Positions 1 to 9,088 of a stretch of 64,000 nucleotides of DNA are shown here, piece by piece (position 1 is the stretch's first letter; every line of letters starts with the position of its first letter). The DNA is from Candidatus Nomurabacteria bacterium (GTDB lineage Bacteria > Patescibacteriota > Minisyncoccia > Phycocordibacterales > UBA918), in assembly GCA_023898565.1 (NCBI GenBank), contig CP060228.1:304594-368593 (forward strand). Direction: 5' to 3'. Below the pieces are notes generated by a model that saw only the letters and a list, made by a program, of their open reading frames with translations, did not search any database and had not been told where the DNA came from. The translations under genes were made by a program, and so were the position numbers.

Positions 1-490
1 ACATTTACACGTGTTCTGAGACCAGCTTGAGCAGCATTCAGACAATTTTGCCTTTGGTTTTCAAGAGAATTCATAGCCCAGCCAATGCCTCTTTTTCTTG
101 TTTCCAAAGCAAGAAAATCTTGTGGTGATGCATCGTGAATACTCAGAATCACTCTCGATAGGCCAGAGTCTCTCAGTTTCTTCCAATCCTCCACCTCAAG
201 AAGTCTCACACCATTCGTAGTTACTGAAACTTCGTCAGCATCAACTGCAGAAACTAGTTCTCCAAAATGCGGATGGATTGTGGGCTCACCTCCAGTGAAC
301 ATAATCTTCGAGATACTGAAGGTTTCTTGCAGAATAGTCATTGCATATTTGAAATCGTCATCTGCTTGCATGCCTCCAATTCCCTTCATGTCTCCTTCCT
401 CATTACAAAAGTGACATGATCGGTTGCAGACACCAGTCACCTTGACGCGAAGTGACGCAGCCGATGATTTTACTATTGATGCTTTCATCC
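1..490 (-). CDS. Radical SAM enzyme, MoaA/viperin-like, truncated by window start (C-terminus outside)
   Basis: Minus-strand translation starts at the ATG at 488-490: MKASIVKSSAASLRVKVTGVCNRSCHFCNEE... This carries the CxxxCxxC Fe-S motif, then FTGGEPT (SAM-binding) and TTNG, as in MoaA-type radical SAM enzymes. The start is immediately adjacent to the stop of the upstream kinase. Confidence 0.7.
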
Positions 491-1132
491 TTATTCTCCT
501 TTCCCGAGAAGACCAGCGAATTCTGTGTACAACCACTCAGCAACTTCTTTGAAAAGAGAAGTTGCTTCGTTGTCTCCGTTGCATACAATTCGCGGTAATT
601 TTGTAAGCTGTGTGCTTCGTAGAAAATTTACAATTCTCTGGTCATATAGATTGTTCCTAGCACGCAATTCAGTCGAGCTCAGGTCAGACCTGGTAACCAT
701 TGGTATTTGATGTTGAGAACAAAGATCTCCTCTTTTTCCCGTTCGATAACACACTGGGCATTCAACCCTATCGAAGAAACGAGCTTGCTGAACATTATGA
801 GATACCTTGATCTCTACAATGCCAATAAGTCGTGAATTAAGACTTTTCAGAGACTTAACCTCATTCTCTGATATGGGATATCCAGAAACCAGGTTAATGC
901 CCTGGCATAGTTTACCCTCAAGCACTTGAGTACTTAATTCTACTGGAATAGGCTTGCCCTTCCCTACGTAACTCGCGATTTCAACGGCAACCTTATTGCC
1001 AGAGCCAAGAAGAGCTCTTTTCAAATCTCCGTACGATAGATACTGACAGGCAGTATAGTGTTCACTTAGTTGTTGCCCAAGTGTACTTTTACCCGAACAA
1101 GTGTCTCCATATAAGCCAATTATATTTTGCAT
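491..1132 (-). CDS. Divergent adenylate-kinase-like NMP kinase with Cys4 zinc-lid
   Basis: The P-loop is GDTCSGKST. The lid has CPVCYRTG...DLCSQH, and the C-terminal NGDNEATSLFKEV resembles the Adk C-terminus. The canonical GxPGxGKGT of housekeeping Adk is absent. Confidence 0.6.
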   Translation of the reverse strand: MQNIIGLYGDTCSGKSTLGQQLSEHYTACQYLSYGDLKRALLGSGNKVAVEIASYVGKGKPIPVELSTQVLEGKLCQGINLVSGYPISENEVKSLKSLNSRLIGIVEIKVSHNVQQARFFDRVECPVCYRTGKRGDLCSQHQIPMVTRSDLSSTELRARNNLYDQRIVNFLRSTQLTKLPRIVCNGDNEATSLFKEVAEWLYTEFAGLLGKGE

Positions 1133-1424
1133 GCATTTCTCCTGCTTGCGATTTGATGAACGTATTTAGATTTCTGCTGACAGAATGTAATAAATTTAAT
1201 ACTATGTCAATGATATTCTTGCTAGTTGATAAAAATGTGTTTTATATTGAAAACAACATTAACCAAATATACCCCTCGCTTCCTCCAACCACCCTACAGC
1301 CATTTCTTCAAACTGGTTCCACCCCATGGACAGTACGTGCCCAGATTAAGAAGCTAGGTATAGCAACATATTTTGAAGGTATTTTTTAGTGCCTACTGTC
1401 CGTAGTGGAATCACGGTAAAGCTA

Positions 1425-1961
1425 CTACCTCTTTCCCAGGTACATAAGCCAGAACTTATAATCCCTGATCACATTAAAAGCAGTATTATAAAAAGCCAAG
1501 TCTCCACGACGTACACGCTGCTCTTGTGACGAAAGTTTCTTTGTTGCCTCAGCTGCAGTAAGCCAAATAGCAGTTAGTTCGTTCTCCTTTTCTTCGTTGG
1601 TTCTAGTGTCTTCTTCGTTTTTATGAGTGACTTCAACTAAAAAACAGGTGGTTTCGTACTGATTCTTATCTCTATTTCTATACTCTTCCGCGATAGCGAT
1701 CTTTCGTAATACCCGCACGGTACAACCAAGCTCTTCAGCACATTCACGAATGACCTCCTGTTCTAGATTAGACGACTCCGCTCCCCCGCCCGGCAATAAA
1801 ACACACTTGTGTACAGGATTAGTCACAAAACCATATCGGCCATCTGACCGGACAGCAATTGCTTTCACGGTCTGACGTTTACTATATATCTCAGACACAG
1901 CAAACTCAGGGTCCGGAAAAATATCAGTATCTCTAAGCACAAAGTTTTGTTTCATATACAC
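1425..1961 (-). CDS. NUDIX hydrolase
   Basis: Nudix box LPGGGAESSNLEQEVIRECAEELG (GX5EX7REUXEEXGU). Confidence 0.8.
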   Translation of the reverse strand: MYMKQNFVLRDTDIFPDPEFAVSEIYSKRQTVKAIAVRSDGRYGFVTNPVHKCVLLPGGGAESSNLEQEVIRECAEELGCTVRVLRKIAIAEEYRNRDKNQYETTCFLVEVTHKNEEDTRTNEEKENELTAIWLTAAEATKKLSSQEQRVRRGDLAFYNTAFNVIRDYKFWLMYLGKR

Positions 1962-2023
1962 AAATATATAACAGAGTGGTCAGTGTTTTATTCCCACACA
2001 CCTGCTCGACAGCACTCACTGCA

Positions 2024-3106
2024 TCAATTTTGCACCAACGGCTCCAAGCGCAATACCGTCACTTGATTCCGCGAACCGAGGCGCATTGGTGGTCCCCAGG
2101 TACCAGTGCCAGGCGTGACATGGAGATACTTCCCCGCTTCCTCATAGAGCCCATTGATGTACGGAAACGCCAGGCGCACCAAAAGTGTAAACGGATAAAT
2201 TTGCCCATTGTGTGTATGACCAGAGAGCATTATATCTACCCCATGCGCACGCGCCACCTCCCAATCAGACGGCGTATGGTACATAAGAATGGTTGGTTTG
2301 GTCGCGTCTAGTGGTAGACCACTCAAAACCGCATCGAGTGAAGTATTGCGCAAACTTTGTCGGTCGTTTACTCCCACAATCTGCAGCCCATTCCATACAA
2401 CCAATTCATTTTCAAGAAGCTGCATGTCTAAGTCCTTCACTGTTTCCTTCACCAACCCCAGTCCTTCGTACTCTTCATGATTGCCATGCGAGAAATAACT
2501 CGGCGCAGTGAGCGTATCGAGCGCTTGAAGCATCTCAGGATAGACCGGCGCTGATCCATCAAACAAATCTCCGGTCACTAAAACCAAGTCTGGTTTGGCT
2601 TCATTGGTGAGCGCTACCACTCGCTCTAGAAACTTCTCTTGATGCACTGTTCCAATGTGAATATCAGATACATGCACAATGGTTACTGGCTCTACTATAT
2701 TTTTGATAGGGATAGTGTATTCCCTGGTCACCAAGCTCCGCCCCGCTATGAGCGCATACACCGAAAGACCAGCGACTAGCACTAAAAGTCCTGCTACAAC
2801 CATTGGATAATCCTGCCGCGTCGCCACATACACCAAACTATACAGCGCCATCACTGAGAACAACAAAAATACCACCCCAAGCCACGCCGCAGCAACAAAA
2901 TAAAATAAATCAGCCAATTTACCGCCCATTAGACGCACTCCCATACTGGCTAAAAAATAAGAGAACGATACCACTGCCAGCACTAGGGGCCAATACGGTA
3001 CTGATATATGAAATGCACGAGCAATAGGCACATATGCAACTACGTGGAGCAAAAACATCACTCCCCACGCAATACCGATGAATATAACCATAGACATAAA
3101 TCTCAT
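2024..3106 (-). CDS. Membrane-anchored calcineurin-like metallophosphoesterase
   Basis: N-terminal multi-TM region, then phosphoesterase motifs DIHIG, GDLFDGS, GNHE and GHTH. Confidence 0.8.
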   Translation of the reverse strand: MRFMSMVIFIGIAWGVMFLLHVVAYVPIARAFHISVPYWPLVLAVVSFSYFLASMGVRLMGGKLADLFYFVAAAWLGVVFLLFSVMALYSLVYVATRQDYPMVVAGLLVLVAGLSVYALIAGRSLVTREYTIPIKNIVEPVTIVHVSDIHIGTVHQEKFLERVVALTNEAKPDLVLVTGDLFDGSAPVYPEMLQALDTLTAPSYFSHGNHEEYEGLGLVKETVKDLDMQLLENELVVWNGLQIVGVNDRQSLRNTSLDAVLSGLPLDATKPTILMYHTPSDWEVARAHGVDIMLSGHTHNGQIYPFTLLVRLAFPYINGLYEEAGKYLHVTPGTGTWGPPMRLGSRNQVTVLRLEPLVQN

Positions 3107-3271
3107 AGTACCTTATTACGAACGAACCACGCCACTCTTACCGCTCTTCCGAGCAACTGTCACACCCAAAATGACTCTTCAGCGCGATACATTACCGAAA
3201 CACCCCGGAACTATTGACAAATCAGATAAAAATGATATTTTCAGAATAGAGTTACGTTCAAGGAGAAAGTC

Positions 3272-3601
3272 ATGAAAACTCTGTTCCGTACACTCATGAT
3301 TGCCTTCATGACAATCATGATTCCTTCTATGACGACCGGTTGCGCTTCCATCAAAGAAGGCGCCGTCGGGCTCTACCACAGCACAAAAGATGGCGCAGTG
3401 AATCTGTATCACAGCACGGCCGATGCGTTTCGCGGCGAGAAAAGTGGCGACGACCAGTCAGCCGATGAGCCGAAGAACACCACGCGGCGCGGCGGAAGCG
3501 ACAACACCGATCGCTGCAAAAAGCTTTCGGGAAGTCTGTATCGCGGCGGCGGCAACCCGGCCGAAGCATCCGAACGCATGCGAAAAGCCGGATGCAGCTA
3601 G
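3272..3601 (+). CDS. Small secreted lipoprotein (hypothetical)
   Basis: Signal peptide with lipobox MTTGC. The ORF is unusually GC-rich. The RBS context caaggagaaagtcATGaaa is shared with the next small ORF. C-terminal motif RC..K...GCS. Confidence 0.5.
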   Translation: MKTLFRTLMIAFMTIMIPSMTTGCASIKEGAVGLYHSTKDGAVNLYHSTADAFRGEKSGDDQSADEPKNTTRRGGSDNTDRCKKLSGSLYRGGGNPAEASERMRKAGCS

Positions 3602-3748
3602 CGCCCCACTCTCCACCACGACCAGCACCCGCTGGTCGTTTCTTTTGGTACTACCTCCCGCTACAAATGAACTCAAAACTTGACAAAAACCATGCTCGTT
3701 AGTAGATTACGGTAGGTAGTTTTTCTAAATTGTTACAAGGAGAAAGTC

Positions 3749-3970
3749 ATGAAAAAGATGGCTTTGATTGGAGTCGTTGCTGGTGCAGCGCTCATGCTGC
3801 AGGGCTGCTTCCCTCTCGTGGGATTGGCTGCTGGCGGTGCCGGCATTGCTGCCAACGCCGTGGTGCTCGGCTCTGCCAACAAGGGCCGCTGCGACCGGGC
3901 CAAGAAAACCACGGCCAGCTGGCCGAAAGTCGACCGCGAGAAGTACCTCATGAACAAGGGCTGCATGTGA
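3749..3970 (+). CDS. Small secreted lipoprotein (hypothetical), divergent paralog of 3272-3601
   Basis: Signal peptide with lipobox LQGC, identical RBS leader and C-terminal RC..K...GCM. A terminator follows. Confidence 0.5.
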   Translation: MKKMALIGVVAGAALMLQGCFPLVGLAAGGAGIAANAVVLGSANKGRCDRAKKTTASWPKVDREKYLMNKGCM

Positions 3971-3991
3971 TGGTAGTAGCCCCAACCAAAA

Positions 3992-4026
3992 CCCTGTGAA
4001 GTCAAATGACCTCACAGGGTTTTCTT
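3992..4026 (+). terminator. Rho-independent terminator
   Basis: Hairpin ccctgtgaag...cttcacaggg followed by a T-run. Confidence 0.7.
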
Positions 4027-4099
4027 ATGCCCCACTCAAAGCCTCGGCAACAAAATGTAGAGTTATACTATCTCTATACAAGTAATCTAATTAGCTTCT

Positions 4100-4546
4100 A
4101 TGAATCAAGCCACCCTTCGTCAAACCATTATCGATTTTCTTAATAATCATCGGAAAGCGGTCTTCGCTATTCTCGATGAACACGGCGAACCGACCACCTC
4201 TCTACTCCTCTATGTGATCGACGATGAAATGAATGTGTTCTTTGGCACTCGCCGCGCCTTCTCAAAATATGAACACTTACTACAGCACCCGGTTGTTTCA
4301 CTTTCAGTGATTGAAGATGTGCTCGACCCACTGAAAGTAGTCGATATTCGTGGTACCGCCGAGCAACTCTCACCAGAAGACCAGGCTAAGGTGTACGCCT
4401 TCTTTAAGGAAAAAAATCCATCGAAATACTACGTTGAGGGAGCTGAAGATTTTGTGATGTTTAAAATCACCCCACATTTCGTACGCTGGCTTGATGCAGC
4501 AAGCGGCGAACTATCAATTGTTGACCTCACGGAGATTCGTCCGTAA
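4100..4546 (+). CDS. Pyridoxamine 5'-phosphate oxidase-like FMN-binding split-barrel protein
   Basis: 148 aa with family-like sequence features (weak, by similarity of overall pattern). Confidence 0.5.
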   Translation: MNQATLRQTIIDFLNNHRKAVFAILDEHGEPTTSLLLYVIDDEMNVFFGTRRAFSKYEHLLQHPVVSLSVIEDVLDPLKVVDIRGTAEQLSPEDQAKVYAFFKEKNPSKYYVEGAEDFVMFKITPHFVRWLDAASGELSIVDLTEIRP

Positions 4547-4550
4547 ATGT

Positions 4551-4584
4551 AAAAAGCGCGCCGACGTAGTCGGCGCGCTTTTGC
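4551..4584 (+). terminator. Rho-independent terminator
   Basis: Hairpin agcgcgccgacgtagtcggcgcgct followed by tttt. Confidence 0.7.
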
Positions 4585-4596
4585 TATACTCACACC

Positions 4597-5706
4597 ATGA
4601 AACGAATCCACCCCCTCATCTTCCTGGCCACACTTATTGTTATTACTCTCGGGACACTGTTTTTCAGTCCACCATTTTTGCCGGTCACGACTCCGCCACC
4701 GACAGCAACCAGCACGACATCAATCAAAGCAACCTACCCGCCACTCGCTAAAATGATTGGCCAGCTCTTTATGATTGGTCACTGGGCAAACCAGCCCGTT
4801 GCCAGCACCACCGACCTGCTCAAAGCGCACCACATTGGCGGCGTAATTATTATGAGTGCACCCGAAGATCCACTCACCATATCCGATTGGGTCACCGGCT
4901 GGAACAACGCCGTAGACTCTCCTCTGTTTGTCGCGATTGACCAAGAAGGCGGCCCAGTCAGCCGACTGAAACAGGCACCATATGCCACCACGAGCCAACG
5001 CCAAATCACCACTCCAGAACAAGCCTACACCATCGGCCTTGCTCGCGGTGCAGACTTACATAACCTTGGTATCAATCTCAATTTTGCTCCTGTTCTGGAG
5101 ACAGCCAATAATCCAAACTCCTTCCTCTATGAACGCGCCTTCCCCGCTGGTAGCAATCGTGTAGCCTTAGCATCGGCACTTATATCTGGCATGGCGACAT
5201 CACATGTAGCAGGAGTAGTGAAACACTTCCCCGGACACGCGGATACGCCTGACGATTCTCATGCCACCCTCCCTGAAGTATCAATCTCACGTAGCGAGCT
5301 AGATATCTTTACAAATAACTTCCGCTCGCTCATCAAGCAAAACCCGCCCGTTGCTATCATGACAGCGCACGTGCGCTACCCGCTGATTGACAACCAGCCA
5401 GCGACACTGTCGCATTTTTTCTTGACCGACTATCTGCGCGACGAACTTGATTTTGCGGGCGTTATCATCACTGATGACCTCATCATGCAAGCAATCGCGA
5501 CCACCACTCCAAGTGATGCAGCTGCTGTACAAGCGATTTTAGCTGGCGCTGATATCTGTCTTTTCGCTGCGGAACCAGAAAAAGTTACCGCCGCCATTGC
5601 TGCCGTCCAAGAAGCAGTGATCGCAGGCACCATAAACGAAGCACGTATCCGTGCTAGCTACGACCGCATCATTGCCGCCAAGGAAACACTGCAGCTAGAA
5701 CCCTAA
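4597..5706 (+). CDS. nagZ: Glycoside hydrolase family 3 beta-N-acetylhexosaminidase (NagZ-like), secreted/anchored
   Basis: KHFPGHADT(P)DDSH motif (GH3 KHFPGHG), N-terminal TM/signal and a T/P-rich linker. Confidence 0.75.
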   Translation: MKRIHPLIFLATLIVITLGTLFFSPPFLPVTTPPPTATSTTSIKATYPPLAKMIGQLFMIGHWANQPVASTTDLLKAHHIGGVIIMSAPEDPLTISDWVTGWNNAVDSPLFVAIDQEGGPVSRLKQAPYATTSQRQITTPEQAYTIGLARGADLHNLGINLNFAPVLETANNPNSFLYERAFPAGSNRVALASALISGMATSHVAGVVKHFPGHADTPDDSHATLPEVSISRSELDIFTNNFRSLIKQNPPVAIMTAHVRYPLIDNQPATLSHFFLTDYLRDELDFAGVIITDDLIMQAIATTTPSDAAAVQAILAGADICLFAAEPEKVTAAIAAVQEAVIAGTINEARIRASYDRIIAAKETLQLEP

Positions 5707-5707
5707 C

Positions 5708-6592
5708 CTACTTTGCCGCCTGTACATGAATCTTGATATCGGCAAACATTTCGTAACCTGAGAAGAAAGCGGTTTTCTCCTTTGCCACACGCCCTTCACT
5801 CCGCTTTCCGAGCATGTAAAACATAAAAGAGTCGGCAAAATCTTCTTCCGGCGCCGATGCTGCGTACTCGCTCACAAACTCATCATCGTGCACTTTGTAA
5901 TATGATGAAAGACGATCATTTGCGACTGCGTGCTCTACCGCGCCAATTTTCCCATCGCCCCAAAACTGCTTTATAAATTGACCAACGTATGAATCAGTTG
6001 GTGGGCAGTTAGGCACCGCCATCTCCCTTTCGCACCTATACAGTTCATCTCGAGCCAAATCTTCAACCGAATCAAGCGAGACCACGTGCGCCAACTCATG
6101 CACAATAAGTTCGGTATTCCAGCTGGCGGTCGGATCAATCAACAAATCCTCATGCGCAGCATACAACCAAGTCTCATGCTGCGGCGGGAGCGTTTCCACA
6201 AACGCATCAAAATCTGCCTGGCCACCATACACCCCCAAACCAACGAAACGATTGTGATACGTGTCTGGCACCAGCTCAGCAACACGCATAAAATATGCCC
6301 GCTCAGCTTCTTCAGGAATGTGCACCGCATCATCAAGACTGCCTACCGCATACCGAGACAGCATGGTCACCTGGCTGCTCAATGAATCAACAGCAGCTGA
6401 TTCATTGGTTTGCCGCTCGGCCAATTCAAGCTGCAGCATCCGAATCTGCTCTTGCAATAATATAATGACCTGCAACAGATACGCACGATAGGCGTCATCT
6501 GTAGTCGTAGTAGTTGCTCGTGTTACTTGCGGTACCAGTAAAATGCAACTGAGCAATCCGGCGAGAAAAAATGTACGAAGTGATTTAAACAT
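5708..6592 (-). CDS. Secreted HExxH-motif putative zinc metallopeptidase with N-terminal coiled coil
   Basis: Signal peptide. HELAHVV motif. Confidence 0.45.
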   Translation of the reverse strand: MFKSLRTFFLAGLLSCILLVPQVTRATTTTTDDAYRAYLLQVIILLQEQIRMLQLELAERQTNESAAVDSLSSQVTMLSRYAVGSLDDAVHIPEEAERAYFMRVAELVPDTYHNRFVGLGVYGGQADFDAFVETLPPQHETWLYAAHEDLLIDPTASWNTELIVHELAHVVSLDSVEDLARDELYRCEREMAVPNCPPTDSYVGQFIKQFWGDGKIGAVEHAVANDRLSSYYKVHDDEFVSEYAASAPEEDFADSFMFYMLGKRSEGRVAKEKTAFFSGYEMFADIKIHVQAAK

Positions 6593-6601
6593 ACACGAGC
6601 A

Positions 6602-7882
6602 TTACTGAGCGGCCACTACGCGAACCGGCAATACCACCGTGAAGCGGGCGCCCTGATTTTCTTCAGACACCACTTCAATCCGACCACCCATCTGCTCAAC
6701 CGACTGCTTCACGATATACAAACCAAGACCCGTTCCTTCGGTCTGATGCGCTTGCGCATTGCTTGCTCGGTAAAATTTTGTAAAAAGCTTATCGAGCTCA
6801 CCAGTCGGAATACCGATACCATTATCGGCTATCACCACCGTAAGCTCTTCTCCCCGCAGCTCGTAGGAACACGCAAGCCTGCCTTGCGGTATTGAGTACT
6901 TCACTGCGTTTGAAACTAAGTTACTCACCACAATATGAAAGAGTCGACTGTCCACCTTGATAGTCGCTTGTGGCGGTACCTCGCTCCGCACAAGCTCTAT
7001 CTGTTTTTCAGTAATCTTTCCAGCAAATTCATCATAAATGCCGGTAAAGTATTCTGATAAATTAATTTCTTCTGGCGCAGCGGCATAGGTCCCCATCTCG
7101 AGTTTCGACACACTTAAGAAGTCGTTGATTAAATTGATCATGCGCAACACATTGCGGCTAATCTTATCGAGATAACGCCCTTGCGCATCAGTCATTGTAT
7201 CCTTGAGATTTTTTTCAAGTAGTTCAGCGTTCCATCTGATTGCCGCAATCGGCGTACGTAGTTGATGGGTTGCCAATGCAACAAATTCAGACTTTGCCGT
7301 ATCAATATGTTTTTGCTCAGTCACATCAACCAGCGATACGAGCCGTTCATTCGAACTACGATATGAAAAGACCGAAAATAAGACCCACACTTCTCGCTCG
7401 CCATCTGTCTGTAGCGGCAACTCAAGCTCGTTGAGTGTAACGCCAGCTCGAACTTTAGCACGCAGCACCTCAACATCTACGTGCTCAGCAATACCAAGTC
7501 GCTCAAAAAAGTTTAGCTTTGAAAGGGCTCCTGTCTCTGTTTCCAGTAATGAAACCGCAGCGGCATTACCTTCCTTAATAACACCGTCTACCGTAATGAT
7601 AAGATACGCGACAGGACTACGGTCAAACAATGCAGTAAATATATCATCGTACGCAAAATTGCTTTGCGAAAATACCACCGAGACATCGACATCAATCACA
7701 TGCTGAATGTACCAGCGTAACAAAAATGACAATATTAAAATTGCACCACCGGCAATGAGCTCATGTGACGATAGTCCTTCAGCACCATGCCAAAAACCCA
7801 ACCCAAGCGCCCACACTACCACAAATACCAACAAGAAGCGCTCAAACATTCGCAAAATTAGATGTCGCTTTGTTGAAAACAT
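6602..7882 (-). CDS. Sensor histidine kinase (membrane, PAS-like, HisKA+HATPase)
   Basis: H-box HQLRTPIAAI, N-box NAVKYS, G2 GTGLGL. The longest ORF extends to 7975 and would overlap the divergent RR start, so I chose the internal Met at 7882 (MFSTK...). Confidence 0.8.
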   Translation of the reverse strand: MFSTKRHLILRMFERFLLVFVVVWALGLGFWHGAEGLSSHELIAGGAILILSFLLRWYIQHVIDVDVSVVFSQSNFAYDDIFTALFDRSPVAYLIITVDGVIKEGNAAAVSLLETETGALSKLNFFERLGIAEHVDVEVLRAKVRAGVTLNELELPLQTDGEREVWVLFSVFSYRSSNERLVSLVDVTEQKHIDTAKSEFVALATHQLRTPIAAIRWNAELLEKNLKDTMTDAQGRYLDKISRNVLRMINLINDFLSVSKLEMGTYAAAPEEINLSEYFTGIYDEFAGKITEKQIELVRSEVPPQATIKVDSRLFHIVVSNLVSNAVKYSIPQGRLACSYELRGEELTVVIADNGIGIPTGELDKLFTKFYRASNAQAHQTEGTGLGLYIVKQSVEQMGGRIEVVSEENQGARFTVVLPVRVVAAQ

Positions 7883-7963
7883 TAGCTCTATAGTATCAGG
7901 TGTTGCGCTCCCCCGACAGGGACTATCGCTTGTAAAAGCAGACAATGCTACTATGAATCCACT

Positions 7964-8335
7964 ATGGAAAAACACATTTTAGTCGTCGAGGACGAAACAG
8001 ACATTCGTGAAGCAATGGCTGAGGCCGTCGCAGATGCTGGTTTTATCGTAAGCACCGCCACCAATGGCGATGAGGGTTTCAAAAAAGCCTTAGCTGAAAA
8101 GCCAGACCTTATTCTACTTGATATTGTCATGCCAATCATGGATGGTCACACCATGCTCGAAAAACTACGTAATGATCCTTGGGGTAAAGATGTTAAAGTA
8201 ATCATGCTTACCTCAATGGACGATGTCAAAAATATTGCTGAAGCACACACGGGTACCATTACCGACTATCTGATTAAAGCCCACAGCAGCCTCGATGACA
8301 TTTTGCAAAAAGTCCGTATTGCGATCTACGAATAA
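7964..8335 (+). CDS. Single-domain response regulator (CheY-like receiver)
   Basis: Receiver domain with LLDIVMP phospho-acceptor Asp context. There is no output domain. Confidence 0.85.
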   Translation: MEKHILVVEDETDIREAMAEAVADAGFIVSTATNGDEGFKKALAEKPDLILLDIVMPIMDGHTMLEKLRNDPWGKDVKVIMLTSMDDVKNIAEAHTGTITDYLIKAHSSLDDILQKVRIAIYE

Positions 8336-8426
8336 ACCTATGAAACACGAGCTCCTGGCCTGCGCAACAGGCATCTGCATCGGCAGCTTCTTGATGTACT
8401 ATGTGTTCTTGCACTAAATATAAAGA

Positions 8427-8451
8427 GGGCCGGAAGCGAAGCTTCCGGCCC
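8427..8451. repeat. Palindromic hairpin element copy 1 (gggccggaagcgaagcttccggccc)
   Basis: Perfect 10-11 bp stem followed by a T-run. Same core as 9551, 15974 and 17663. Confidence 0.85.
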
Positions 8452-8457
8452 TTTGAA

Positions 8458-9000
8458 TTAGTATCCTCGCACCAAGCGATGATACTGAGGATACGTGATT
8501 CTTTCCCGGCGACATTCCCGCGGCACCTGAACATACTCAGGCTGACGACCAATCACGCCTTCGAGCGCCTCACACGAGCGCGGACGCAAGCAGGTTTCAA
8601 AGTCGCCACCGCACTTTCGCCGGCCATGACCAATCTCCCAGTCTCTGGCCAAAAACATTCCATCACTGGAGTACATCTTCTGGTGAGTGGTACTGTACCG
8701 CACCTGAAAGATTGGGAAAATGAAACCCTTACCGGTCTGATGAAACTCGACCAAGCGAGCAACAGACCCCGACGGAACCTGCACATAGGAGCATCCCTGC
8801 TTGTTATGCAGCTCATAGGGAATACGATTGCTCATGAACTCGTGTATACCCTGCACTTCGCGAAGCACCTTCTTGAGGCCGGCTTCAGAAAAGCAAACCA
8901 GATTGTAAGGAACTTCTTGCCCTGCTTGCACCGGAATGAGCCAGATTAGCAAAAAGAGCGGGAAGAAAAAACGCAGTTTGATTTTGATTGCAAGACGCAT
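8458..9000 (-). CDS. Secreted Cys-containing hypothetical protein
   Basis: N-terminal signal/TM. No confidently recognised domain. Confidence 0.4.
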   Translation of the reverse strand: MRLAIKIKLRFFFPLFLLIWLIPVQAGQEVPYNLVCFSEAGLKKVLREVQGIHEFMSNRIPYELHNKQGCSYVQVPSGSVARLVEFHQTGKGFIFPIFQVRYSTTHQKMYSSDGMFLARDWEIGHGRRKCGGDFETCLRPRSCEALEGVIGRQPEYVQVPRECRRERITYPQYHRLVRGY

Positions 9001-9088
9001 AGCGTCCTCCTTTCTAAAATTTTAAGTCAGCTTGATTGCGTGACTTTACTGCTTCTATTATAACACAGAAAATAAAATATATCAACTT

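Noticed and set aside
1-490. Reading the radical SAM simply as housekeeping MoaA (molybdenum cofactor biosynthesis)
   Set aside because: Not rejected outright. It was deprioritised because of the non-canonical coupled kinase and the small-genome context. The full sequence is needed to decide.
1081-1389. 102-aa plus-strand ORF in the AT-rich region upstream of the kinase/radical SAM operon
   Set aside because: It overlaps the kinase start and lies in a low-complexity AT-rich promoter-like region with no RBS or motif. Most likely a spurious ORF.
3258-3970. Diversity-generating retroelement target/template pair hypothesis for the two GC-rich small ORFs
   Set aside because: No reverse transcriptase gene is nearby. 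The two ORFs share only a short motif, not a near-identical ~100-bp template/variable repeat with adenine-specific differences.
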